From a virus (taxonomy: Duplodnaviria > Caudoviricetes): a stretch of DNA of 64,000 nt. The notes under the pieces are model-generated. The model was not told the DNA's origin. It searched no databases and was given only the letters and a program-made list of their open reading frames with translations. Position 1 is the first letter of the stretch; every line of letters begins with the position of its first letter. The position numbers and the translations under genes were made by a program. This document shows positions 18,297 through 27,759 of this stretch, in pieces. Where the stretch lies: IMG/VR virus record IMGVR_UViG_3300001687_001195, positions 16,108 to 80,107 of that record, one strand, 5' to 3'.

Positions 18297-19933
18297 TGAG
18301 TTATCTTGTTAAGCCAGCAACTCCAATATTGAACGAGAGACATTCATTAGCGCACATGTTAGCAGGCGCTTGGATGTTTCCGGAGGGGGGAGGTCGTATT
18401 GCTACAGACTTCTCGCGGCTGGCAGCGCACGGAACGGTCAACCTAAGTAACGGATTTTATCCTGGATGGAGCCCGCAATTAATGGGTTATGTGATGGACT
18501 TTCCATATGGAGGGTACATCAATGTTCCGAATTGTGAGCTTTACAATCAGGATGAGATGAGTGTTGAGTTACTTGTAACATTTAATCAACTGCCAAGCGT
18601 AGCAGCAAGTATTTTTGACATTGCTAAAGTAATTCACAGTTCATCTCCTAGTAAGTCATGGAAGCTATCGGCCGGACCTACGGACATTATTGCATTGGTC
18701 GTTGAAGACGATACAGGATCAAGCTTTGTAACGCTTGTGCAAGGATCTTCTTTCAGTATCAATACTTGGTACCATGTTATCTGGACTTTAGACGGAGCGG
18801 GGAATGTTACGCTCTATATTGATACAGTCGTCGAAGATACGGATACTCTTGGGTCTGGGAAGATCTACAAAGCGGATGGAGTTTTGCGTTTTGGGGACGA
18901 TACAAACTACTTTGATGGCGAGATAGCTCACCTTCAGATTTGGGGGCGGTGTTTAACGTCGGATGAAGTTGCTCAACTATTTCATGACGGCTATCAAGCA
19001 TATCGAGAACCGCTCACAAAACATCTATTCATTTCGAGTGAGTACTACACAGCAGTATCCGGAGGAGGGGAAGATTTAGTTGATCCTGTTTTTCTTGCTC
19101 GATATGCAGGAAAACAAGGGTTGGATCTTCGCAATGATTATGGTTTGGAGGAGATGGAGTGGGTTCAAGAATCAAATCTTAATCCAAGTATGATTAAGGG
19201 GGTGCATGGAGCATCGGTAACAGCAGGAGCATTAGGTGCGAAAGTGTTTGGCTTACGGGGGGTGATCCGAGAAAGTAATGCACAACTTTGTTACTTTAGG
19301 CTGAACAGACTCTCCGCCCATCTAAAGTTACTGGATCAAGCAACGTTTTGGATTTGGGAAGACCGCATGATCTACGCGATGGGCGGAGACTTGAAATGGA
19401 ATTTCTTACCAGGGACAGGCGGAAAAGCAGCATCTTGGACGGCACAGATACTTGCTTTAGATCCGTTTTTCTCTGATCAAGCTGGCGGCGAATGGCTAAC
19501 ACCGACGATTATCACAACGATAGAAAATCCGTACTTGGCGCGCAACAAGGGTACGGCGCCTACGTGGCCTATCTTCATTGTTGAGGTTGGAGCAGCGAAT
19601 GGAATTTCTAATTTCATCAAAATCACCAACCACACGGTTGATCCGCCATGGATGTTTCATTTGGGACTCCCATTTACCCTTCCATATCACGCTGGAGGTC
19701 CACAAGAGCAGATTATTATCGACGGATCCATACGTGAAGTTGTATGGATTCCAGCGGCGGGTGCGAGTGCGGGAAAACAACTCAATGTCACAGGTTGGCA
19801 CAATGCGGGCGATTTCGTTTGGCTAGAAGGTGGACCCGAAAATGGTAAATGGAATGATCTTCGCTTTCAATGCGGAGGAGCATCGCCTTCTGGTGGAAGT
19901 GTCAAAATGCTTGTAAGACATCAGTGGTACTAA
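18296..19933 (+). CDS. LamG-like lectin domain fused to distal tail (Dit)-like domain
   Basis: LamG: SVELLV, WYHVIWTLDG..VTLYID, FDGEIAHLQIWGRCLTSDEVAQLF. Dit: WTAQILALDPFF, NKGTAPTWPIF, ITNHT. Confidence 0.75.
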   Translation: MSYLVKPATPILNERHSLAHMLAGAWMFPEGGGRIATDFSRLAAHGTVNLSNGFYPGWSPQLMGYVMDFPYGGYINVPNCELYNQDEMSVELLVTFNQLPSVAASIFDIAKVIHSSSPSKSWKLSAGPTDIIALVVEDDTGSSFVTLVQGSSFSINTWYHVIWTLDGAGNVTLYIDTVVEDTDTLGSGKIYKADGVLRFGDDTNYFDGEIAHLQIWGRCLTSDEVAQLFHDGYQAYREPLTKHLFISSEYYTAVSGGGEDLVDPVFLARYAGKQGLDLRNDYGLEEMEWVQESNLNPSMIKGVHGASVTAGALGAKVFGLRGVIRESNAQLCYFRLNRLSAHLKLLDQATFWIWEDRMIYAMGGDLKWNFLPGTGGKAASWTAQILALDPFFSDQAGGEWLTPTIITTIENPYLARNKGTAPTWPIFIVEVGAANGISNFIKITNHTVDPPWMFHLGLPFTLPYHAGGPQEQIIIDGSIREVVWIPAAGASAGKQLNVTGWHNAGDFVWLEGGPENGKWNDLRFQCGGASPSGGSVKMLVRHQWY

Positions 19934-19934
19934 C

Positions 19935-20852
19935 ATGGGTACTGTATTTCCAACAAAAATGCTTTTTCGTCTGGGAGAACTACAGACGAATCAAGGCTAT
20001 GGTCTTGATGAAGATGATTACACAATTCCTGGAGTAAAGTTACTTAGGAACCCGATCTCAGTTATCGATTTTGAAGATAATTGCCCAGAGCATATTGAAC
20101 GAGAAACAACACCAAGCATTAGCGGATCAGCAATAAAGGATGTTGTGACTCGTGCTCCGAGGCAAATGCGATTGAAATTAGGAGTTCATGCAGGGCGAGA
20201 TGACTTTGCAAACAAAACGAAAATCTCAGGCCGTTCAGCGTACGATGCTTTGCAGTACTGGCTATACCAGAATCTTCAAGAAGCTAAAATGCATATCTGG
20301 GATACGCGTTATGTGAAATATTTCGTTGGCGAACAGAAATGTCAATTCATTCCAGGCATGAGTCATGACAATATGGAAGTTGATTGTAGCTTGTTTGGAG
20401 CAGATCCATTTGTCTATTCAACTGTGAATGAAGGCGGTCGCCATCCGTGGCTGTACGATAACATCAGTGATCTTGAATGGGCAGGTACGACATCTGGGCG
20501 CAATGCCGGAGATGAAGTTGCTTATCCTTTAATGTCAATTAAGAATACGCATTCAACGCGTACATGGACAACGGGCTATAAGTTGACGCATCTTGGTTTG
20601 CAAAGAGATATAGTTTGTACTGTGCATATTGCTCCTGGCCAAACTCATTTACTTGAATTAGGAAGAGTGCGAGGTTGGCTTGATGGACAAGCAGTAACAA
20701 TAGGTATAGGTGGAGTACCTCTTTGGTTGCGTCCTGACGGTATCAATGATGAGTTTCGCATACAGCAATTGTTTCCACAATCAGTAGGAACACGTCCGCC
20801 TGAAGACAATATTGTGATTCTATTCTCCTGGGTACCGAGGTATCAAATCTAA
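19935..20852 (+). CDS. Second Dit-like distal tail protein
   Basis: VDCSLFGADPFVYS, NAGDEVAYPLMSI, L.PGQTHLLE. Precedes the hub. Confidence 0.65.
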   Translation: MGTVFPTKMLFRLGELQTNQGYGLDEDDYTIPGVKLLRNPISVIDFEDNCPEHIERETTPSISGSAIKDVVTRAPRQMRLKLGVHAGRDDFANKTKISGRSAYDALQYWLYQNLQEAKMHIWDTRYVKYFVGEQKCQFIPGMSHDNMEVDCSLFGADPFVYSTVNEGGRHPWLYDNISDLEWAGTTSGRNAGDEVAYPLMSIKNTHSTRTWTTGYKLTHLGLQRDIVCTVHIAPGQTHLLELGRVRGWLDGQAVTIGIGGVPLWLRPDGINDEFRIQQLFPQSVGTRPPEDNIVILFSWVPRYQI

Positions 20853-23173
20853 TGGGCTTTCCTCGCGGACTACCACCGGGCAATCTCATACGACCAAGAG
20901 CACGTTGCTGGTTTGTGAGAGTTAGCCCCTCTGTTGTAGGTACTCTTGCGTTTGGAAGTCTTACGCCAAATCAAACAGGAACGATTACTGGAGAACGATT
21001 GACGGCAGTATCGAATCCGGAAAACGAGTTGGCTTCTGTTGCTGCATTCGATCGAGATCGTATTTACATGTTGGATGGCCGCATTCAACATCTCTCATGG
21101 GAATGGAATCGTATTGGAGGATGTGGTGCTTTCAGTTTAATTTTTACTTTAGATAGGTATCGTAAATCATGGGGTGTTGAACGTACATATGTAGAACCAC
21201 CTTCTGAACTTCCGGAGCAAGACGCTGCTTCAGGTAGCGAAGATTCAGCGTTAATGCCGGATTTACTGCAAACGAATTTACTTACTGGAGTTCTTTTTTT
21301 AGATGATGAAGGAAATCCAGTAACACTTGCCCGCATGTTAAAGGAACGATGGGAAGTAGAGATTGAAGTCGATCTTTCTACATTGGAACCGGCAACGCCT
21401 GTTTGGCGAACGGTATACAGAGGCACACTTCATAAAGCGCGCGTACTTGGGTCTTCACATGGCGGCATTGCGTACTATGCTTCTGGGTTTGGGTTGATTG
21501 ACGAATTGCGTCGAATAACAGTTAGCTATAATTACGATTACGATGTATTGGGCACTGAATATACGGTGGAAAAATTAGTAGCCCAAGCGATTGTAAATCA
21601 TACAGTCGCGCGAACGCGCGTCTTGTGGAATCCTGAATTAATCGAAACGATTTCTACGGATACGATTCGACGTTTCGATGCACAAGGCTCAGTTCTGAGA
21701 ACTATACAAACGCTGGCTTTTTATCATGGCGGTATTGAATGGGGCGTGAATCAAAACGGTGAATTTTACTTCATGCCTGAGAGTACGATAGCTCCTCCAG
21801 CGGGTGTAGGGATACATTTGATTACGCGAAGTGCTGTTGGAGTTGATCTTGAACAGGAGAATGAGCAGGCCCCAACGCATGTAATAGCTATCGGAAAGGA
21901 TCTTGGCGGAAGAGTAGCTCAGGGGGAGGCGATTGATTTAGACAAAATAGCCAAGAACGCAGGTACATCTGAACGGTGGATCCAAGTGCCTGAGTTCATT
22001 GATGAAACGGATTTGAATCAAGTTGCTTATCGATACATTCAAGCAGCTTGGGCAGGACAAGATTCAGCACAGATGAATTTAGCAATGCGGATCATCAAAC
22101 ATGAAGTATTGGATCTGCTTGAAACTGATTTGCCTCTTAAGAAAGTTTCGTTCAGTGACGATTTGCATGGTTTCTCTATCATTGCTTATCCTGAGAAGAT
22201 TCAATATCAGGCTGGTTTTGATACTGACCAGATATTGCGGGCAGAAGGTTTGACGATTGACGAAGTACAAGACATGAAGTTACGCGCTTCTTATGTCTTG
22301 GGTCGCGGGTATCGTACTCTTGCAGATGAGTTTGAACGTCGAGATCAACCAATCCAATCATTGATTACACGAAACCGGCAACGAGAATACCCAAGGTATA
22401 CCCGGCGTCATGCAGATTTGCCGGATGGGCAATACCCTGGTGAATTATTTTGTCGTGAAACAGGTGCTTTAACAGGTATCTATGCCTGGTTAGAAAATCC
22501 CGACAATCAATTAAGAGGCTGGTGGCCTCTGATTTCATTGATGGCGAACGTGGATTTCACTCCTGTTGGAAGAAATGCATCATCGACTACGGATGCTGGT
22601 AGTTCTTCTAATCCATCGACAAAGAGTAATGATGTTGCGTATTTTGCTCATGGGAATGCAGCGAATAATTTTCTTCATTTTTCTGCCGGATTTCCTGGTA
22701 CTGGTGAAATGAGCGACATGGCAATTACCATGGTTCCTCGTTTTGCTTTAACGAATGCTTTGTCTCTTGGGGAATCTATCGAGCTTGTATTTCGCTATGC
22801 AATGATTGCTGTTGGCGCCAATGTGAATACTGCTCAGTTTGAAGAACGTAGGATGACTTTAGAGTATGAGCATCTGAAAGATTATGCAGCAGGAGATTTG
22901 ATTGAGCGATTTGGATGGGTTTTGTTTGCGCGCGACTTGACACAAAATTCTGAACTACAGATGTACTTTGGTAGATTTGGACTGGACCCGCGAGACTACC
23001 ATCCTTATGATCTGGAAGTCTACAGTCCAAAGATCATGATGGGTCCGTTTCGAGCGATCGATTTGTCAGGACAGGCGTTTGTGGACGCCAGCCGTCTCGG
23101 AGTTGGAACTTCTGTCGAGGCGTACTTTACAGACTTTGCTTCGCTGCTGGCGCTCCCGAGTCGGAGAGCATAG
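20852..23173 (+). CDS. Baseplate hub / Tal-like tail tip protein
   Basis: WEWNRIGGCGAFSL, VYRGTL, GGIEWGVNQNGEFYF, PTHVIAIGKD. Standard Dit-Tal order. Confidence 0.7.
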   Translation: MGFPRGLPPGNLIRPRARCWFVRVSPSVVGTLAFGSLTPNQTGTITGERLTAVSNPENELASVAAFDRDRIYMLDGRIQHLSWEWNRIGGCGAFSLIFTLDRYRKSWGVERTYVEPPSELPEQDAASGSEDSALMPDLLQTNLLTGVLFLDDEGNPVTLARMLKERWEVEIEVDLSTLEPATPVWRTVYRGTLHKARVLGSSHGGIAYYASGFGLIDELRRITVSYNYDYDVLGTEYTVEKLVAQAIVNHTVARTRVLWNPELIETISTDTIRRFDAQGSVLRTIQTLAFYHGGIEWGVNQNGEFYFMPESTIAPPAGVGIHLITRSAVGVDLEQENEQAPTHVIAIGKDLGGRVAQGEAIDLDKIAKNAGTSERWIQVPEFIDETDLNQVAYRYIQAAWAGQDSAQMNLAMRIIKHEVLDLLETDLPLKKVSFSDDLHGFSIIAYPEKIQYQAGFDTDQILRAEGLTIDEVQDMKLRASYVLGRGYRTLADEFERRDQPIQSLITRNRQREYPRYTRRHADLPDGQYPGELFCRETGALTGIYAWLENPDNQLRGWWPLISLMANVDFTPVGRNASSTTDAGSSSNPSTKSNDVAYFAHGNAANNFLHFSAGFPGTGEMSDMAITMVPRFALTNALSLGESIELVFRYAMIAVGANVNTAQFEERRMTLEYEHLKDYAAGDLIERFGWVLFARDLTQNSELQMYFGRFGLDPRDYHPYDLEVYSPKIMMGPFRAIDLSGQAFVDASRLGVGTSVEAYFTDFASLLALPSRRA

Positions 23174-23175
23174 CT

Positions 23176-23790
23176 ATGTCTGATAACATTCCAATCCGTG
23201 ACTACTCAGGGAGTGAACAGAAGATCGATGTAGATCCTGCTACTGAAGGATCGGACACTGTACATCGACAAGCAGTATCGTTGTATGCGAAGAATGCAGC
23301 GGCAGCCGATACAGTGTTGAAGGCAGAGTCAGATGGTTCTCTTTGGGTAAAGATTACAGCAGGATCAATTCAGCTTGCCGCAGGTACCGCGGCAATTGGA
23401 AAATTGGGGTCAAACCCAGGAGTCAATATCGGGGAAGTATCGATCAGCGACGTAATCACGATATTGACCCAAGGTACAAGTCGGACTGTCGCCACAAAGG
23501 CAGTCGATGAAAACTCAAGCGGCACTACAACACTCATTCCGGCACCGGGCGCTTCCAACAAGCTTTATATTCTTGGATGGTATATTCGTGCAGAAGGCGC
23601 TGTAGATGTAACTTTCAAGGGAGATGGAGCGACAGGTAATCTCACAGGCCCGGTAGAAATGGCGGATGGGGAAGCATATTCGCAATTCTTTGGAGACTAT
23701 GCGATCCCGCTTGCTAACAATGAAGCTTTCCAAATAGTACTGAGTGCTGCGGTTCAAGTATCCGGATTGATTGTCTACTACACAGCATGA
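23176..23790 (+). CDS. Putative virion structural protein
   Basis: LAAGTAAIGKLGSNPGVNIGEV segment and beta-sandwich-like C-terminus (TLIPAPGASNKLYI). Located in the tail module. Confidence 0.55.
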   Translation: MSDNIPIRDYSGSEQKIDVDPATEGSDTVHRQAVSLYAKNAAAADTVLKAESDGSLWVKITAGSIQLAAGTAAIGKLGSNPGVNIGEVSISDVITILTQGTSRTVATKAVDENSSGTTTLIPAPGASNKLYILGWYIRAEGAVDVTFKGDGATGNLTGPVEMADGEAYSQFFGDYAIPLANNEAFQIVLSAAVQVSGLIVYYTA

Positions 23791-23799
23791 GTGTGAATT

Positions 23800-24777
23800 A
23801 TGGGTAGCTATAATACAACCTATGATCCGTGGGTAAGTGGCGAGCGCATTATCCCTGAACGGTTGAATGCATTTCGACGCGGAATACGAAACCACGTACT
23901 TACTGGATTTGTTGTTCAGGTTGGTAGTGGACTTAATCTGGAAGTTGGAGAAGCAGGAGTCAATGCAGCGTACATCAATGGCTACGAGGTTTATTCTGCA
24001 ACGGCTTTAGATATTACACTTGATGGGAATATGATCTATGACATCTATCTGGTATTTACATATACTGAAGATAGCGTGTCTGGTTCAGTCAGTACAATCA
24101 CACCTTCGCTTGAAGCAATTCTTACGACCCAGACACCAGAAGCAGAGAACTATCTGAAAATTGCTCAAGTAACGACGGGCGCTACACAAATCACAGATAT
24201 TGAACCATATTGGAGAGCCTACTTTCAATTACCTCAAGCGATGTTTGCTGCGGAGCGAATGCCGATCTATGGTTGGGTAATCCCAGATACGAATCCTGCT
24301 GAGATAGTAAAGATTGCATCGAGCGGCACACGTCCCTTTGAGTTTTACGAAGCACGATTTTCAAATGGAGCTTCAGTTACGCAGTTGTTCCGTCCATGGG
24401 AAGTTCCATTTGGTTATGCGACAACTCAGCCGGAAGGATTTCCAAGGCTTCGTATTTTCTGGAAATGCAATTCTACCAGTACTTCACTTGCTGCGCGCAT
24501 GGAAGTAGCGATGGCCGCGTATACGCCTGCAGTGGATTCCGGTAGTTACAATGCCAAAGGACTTGGATCTTGGGATGGAGTTGCTGTCTCTCCATTGGGG
24601 ACGACTGCGCGAAGACTCAATTACGCATTCATCGAGTTTACGGATGTGGATTCATTGGTAGCAGAAGATATGGTGAATCTTGGTTTACGAAGAGATCCAA
24701 CACATTCGGACGACAATTTGACGAGCGTAGATGTCGAAGTTGTGGGGACAGCCATAGAATACCAGATTGGCGATTAG
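23800..24777 (+). CDS. Putative tail fibre / receptor-binding protein
   Basis: N-terminal VLTGFVVQVGSGLNLEV..AAYINGYEV resembles fibre-attachment domains. Confidence 0.55.
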   Translation: MGSYNTTYDPWVSGERIIPERLNAFRRGIRNHVLTGFVVQVGSGLNLEVGEAGVNAAYINGYEVYSATALDITLDGNMIYDIYLVFTYTEDSVSGSVSTITPSLEAILTTQTPEAENYLKIAQVTTGATQITDIEPYWRAYFQLPQAMFAAERMPIYGWVIPDTNPAEIVKIASSGTRPFEFYEARFSNGASVTQLFRPWEVPFGYATTQPEGFPRLRIFWKCNSTSTSLAARMEVAMAAYTPAVDSGSYNAKGLGSWDGVAVSPLGTTARRLNYAFIEFTDVDSLVAEDMVNLGLRRDPTHSDDNLTSVDVEVVGTAIEYQIGD

Positions 24778-25030
24778 TATGGGCGTGCTTACCTTTATTC
24801 AGGCAAACGCACAAACGATCAGAGCAAGTGTACCACTTATTGAGATTCTATCATGGCAGCAAGTAGGAGATGAAATTCGAATAGACATGAGATGGGTACC
24901 TACTAATGAACGAAAAACGTTAGTATGGAAAAATCTCAGTAAGTATGATCTTCGGATAACGAACGATCCTACTTTTTCTTTGGTACGGCTTCGAGATCGT
25001 TTGATTCATTTTTTCACATTTAAGCCATGA
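24767..25030 (+). CDS. Hypothetical protein
   Basis: Overlaps both neighbours in operon fashion. 87 aa. Confidence 0.5.
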   Translation: MAISMGVLTFIQANAQTIRASVPLIEILSWQQVGDEIRIDMRWVPTNERKTLVWKNLSKYDLRITNDPTFSLVRLRDRLIHFFTFKP

Positions 25031-25734
25031 CCAAGATATGTGATAGCGATTCTCACGCTAATTGTGGCGGCGCATTGGGGGGAGTACCGCTTACAATTGA
25101 AGCATGGGTAAAGATGTCCACGAATGCTCCTAGTACGAGTACATGGCAAACTCTCTTTGCTTGGGAAGCATCTGGTTCTGTCAAGATCATGTATTTTGTT
25201 ACGCTTCAATTCGGTATTAATTATTCAATCGAGATATGGGATGAAGGTGAATATCAAGCTAACTCAGTTTGGAACTTTGGTAGTACTTGGAGCAATCATC
25301 CGCTATCTGACGGAGCGTGGCATCATATAGCATTTGTTCATTATCAAGATGGTTCTCAATCACTTTGCTATATAGATGGAACTAGTCTTGGATCGCCAGA
25401 TACGTCTAATTCAACTTCTTCCGATTTGGGTAGTCCTGATATGTTGCGCCTGTTTGGTAATTGTGTTTATGGCGATTATCTCGGCGCGGCGGGGAATGCT
25501 TATGTTGAAGAATTGAGAGTATGGTCAGATGCGCGTACTGAAGCAGAGATCAATGTTTTTAAGGATGTGCGTTTGCATGGACATGGTTTTGAGAATTTAG
25601 CGTATTTAATGCATCTTGATGAAGTAGATGATGCTGTGATCGATTCAGGCCCGGATGCTGAGGAATACAGTGTATCGGGATTTCCTGCAGTAGCCATTGC
25701 AGGGCATTGCTTGCCTGTAGGAGCAGGGGTATGA
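25027..25734 (+). CDS. LamG-like (ConA lectin fold) protein
   Basis: LTIEAWVK, DGAWHHIAFV, CYIDG, VEELRVWSDARTEAEI. Confidence 0.8.
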   Translation: MTKICDSDSHANCGGALGGVPLTIEAWVKMSTNAPSTSTWQTLFAWEASGSVKIMYFVTLQFGINYSIEIWDEGEYQANSVWNFGSTWSNHPLSDGAWHHIAFVHYQDGSQSLCYIDGTSLGSPDTSNSTSSDLGSPDMLRLFGNCVYGDYLGAAGNAYVEELRVWSDARTEAEINVFKDVRLHGHGFENLAYLMHLDEVDDAVIDSGPDAEEYSVSGFPAVAIAGHCLPVGAGV

Positions 25735-26177
25735 AATTTTGTAGCCTCCCTATAGTCACGGACGAAGCGCTCGGTGACGGAGGCGCCTTGGCTATGGCGA
25801 CTTGTTTGGCGGAGAAAAGAAGAATGGCAGGGGAGACGAAGAATGGACCGCCTAAAAAGATGGATAATCCAGATGTGATTATCACTGAGCGCACAAAAAC
25901 GAATTTTGCTACGCTTGTTACTGTAGTAGCGGCATCTCTGGCACTTTTTGCGTGGATCATGAACGAGAATGCGAAAACGCGCCAAGAGATTCAGTCTGTA
26001 CACACGGAATTGGTTAAAGTGCGTTTTGAAATCGAAAGATTGAAAGATCGTTCCGCTGAACGATTTTCGATTATAGATATGCGGTGCTGGACAAAAGATC
26101 TACAAAAAGCGATGACTGAAGCAGGAGTTAAAGTGAACATTCCGGATCCGGAATGTGTTGGGGTTGACAAGAAGTAG
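25731..26177 (+). CDS. Single-TM coiled-coil protein (alternative start 25824)
   Basis: TM segment FATLVTVVAASLALFAWIM followed by a heptad region. Confidence 0.55.
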   Translation: MKFCSLPIVTDEALGDGGALAMATCLAEKRRMAGETKNGPPKKMDNPDVIITERTKTNFATLVTVVAASLALFAWIMNENAKTRQEIQSVHTELVKVRFEIERLKDRSAERFSIIDMRCWTKDLQKAMTEAGVKVNIPDPECVGVDKK

Positions 26178-26200
26178 TCTAATTTTTCAAGAATTTTGCC

Positions 26201-27748
26201 ATGGCAACGCCGACGCTTAATCTGCTCAACCACACAGAGCTAGATGATGCGGATGATAGTACGAACTGGACTGACTTGACGACGGCTGACACCGACATCA
26301 AGAAGGAAGGTTCAGCGTCGATGAGTGGTATCCTTCGTTCTGATGGTGAGGAAGGATACTACACGGCTGCATCAGCCCCCGTAACAGCCGCAGGTAAGAC
26401 GTTTCGCGGCTGGTTCTATACTACCAATCTCCCTTATATGCAGCCCGAATCGGCCAATGGCTACCAGCTTTTGATGTATGATGGCAGCACGACAGAATAT
26501 AAAGTCATTTTTGGCTCAGATACTTACAAAGGTGGGTTCTTCTACATTGTATGGGATTGCGATGACTTCACGACGCTGACGCTTGCGAACGTTCGTCGGT
26601 GGGGTGTGCGCGCGAACCACACAGGCAACGCCAAGAACGTCGTCAACTCATGGATTGACGTTCTCCGTTACCTCGACGGCTACTCGATGACCGGCGGCTC
26701 GGAAGGGGACTGGATCTCGCTCGCAGAGATTGCCGCTGCCGATGAAGGGTCGAGCCCGTTGCTCGGTTACGGCATCGTCATCGAGTACGAAAGCGTCTAC
26801 TACGCGTCGGGAACGATTCAGGCCGGAACGGGCGCGACCACGACCTATTTCGGGATGTATGGCGACATCCTGATCTTCATCGACAAGCCGGTCGCGGCTG
26901 GACTCTATTCGCTCTCCGGTGTCGGCTCCGGCACGGACATCGAAATCAAGGACTCGGTCATCCGGTCAGCCGGAACGACAGACGCGACGCGTTTCATTCT
27001 CGATTTCACCGACTCCGGCCTCGCGGCCTGCGTCTTCACTGACAATCTGGTCGTGCGAGCAAGCACGGTCGGTTTCAAGTCCGGCCAGACGGCAACCGGA
27101 AACATCTTCGACAACTGTGGTCAGATCACGCACGGCGGCGCGGACCTGAGCGAAAGTGTGGTTAAGAATTATGAAGGAACAGCAAATACTTCTGCTTTGA
27201 TTTATAATGTGGCTGCTGATCCAGCAGGTGAAATGGACGACATGACGTTCATCAAAGGTACAGCAGCAACGCACGCGATTGAGTTCGGGCTTTCTTCACC
27301 TACAACGATCAATCTTTCAGGCTGCACGTTCTCTGGTTATAACGTTTTAGATGGGCAGAATGATTCAACATTTCATGTTAAGCGCACTAGTGGAACAGTC
27401 ACGATAAACTTATCAGGGTGTACTGGGAATTTTACATACAGGTCTGATGGAGCAACGGTTGTAATCTCAGCATCGGTTACAGTAACGTTTGACAAACTGA
27501 AAGATAATACTGAAGTTCGAGTGTACAAGACATCAGATGATTCTGTAGTGGGTGGAACTGAAAATGCTACTGATGGTACTCCTGATAATAGAAACTTTGC
27601 TTGGTCGGCTCCTGCCGGAACGAATGTTTATTATCATCTCATCAATGTTCAGTATGAACAGATTACGGTTTATGGGTACACAGTTCCATCAACGAATGTA
27701 ACAATAGATTTTCAGCAGCAGTTTGATCGGAACTATGATAACCCGTAG
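26201..27748 (+). CDS. Virion structural protein, probable beta-helix/fibre
   Basis: 515 aa, Thr/Gly/Ser/Asp-rich with beta-helix-like periodicity (CVFTDNLVVR, ATGNIFDNCG, LSGCTFSG). Confidence 0.6.
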   Translation: MATPTLNLLNHTELDDADDSTNWTDLTTADTDIKKEGSASMSGILRSDGEEGYYTAASAPVTAAGKTFRGWFYTTNLPYMQPESANGYQLLMYDGSTTEYKVIFGSDTYKGGFFYIVWDCDDFTTLTLANVRRWGVRANHTGNAKNVVNSWIDVLRYLDGYSMTGGSEGDWISLAEIAAADEGSSPLLGYGIVIEYESVYYASGTIQAGTGATTTYFGMYGDILIFIDKPVAAGLYSLSGVGSGTDIEIKDSVIRSAGTTDATRFILDFTDSGLAACVFTDNLVVRASTVGFKSGQTATGNIFDNCGQITHGGADLSESVVKNYEGTANTSALIYNVAADPAGEMDDMTFIKGTAATHAIEFGLSSPTTINLSGCTFSGYNVLDGQNDSTFHVKRTSGTVTINLSGCTGNFTYRSDGATVVISASVTVTFDKLKDNTEVRVYKTSDDSVVGGTENATDGTPDNRNFAWSAPAGTNVYYHLINVQYEQITVYGYTVPSTNVTIDFQQQFDRNYDNP

Positions 27749-27759
27749 GGAGGAATTGA

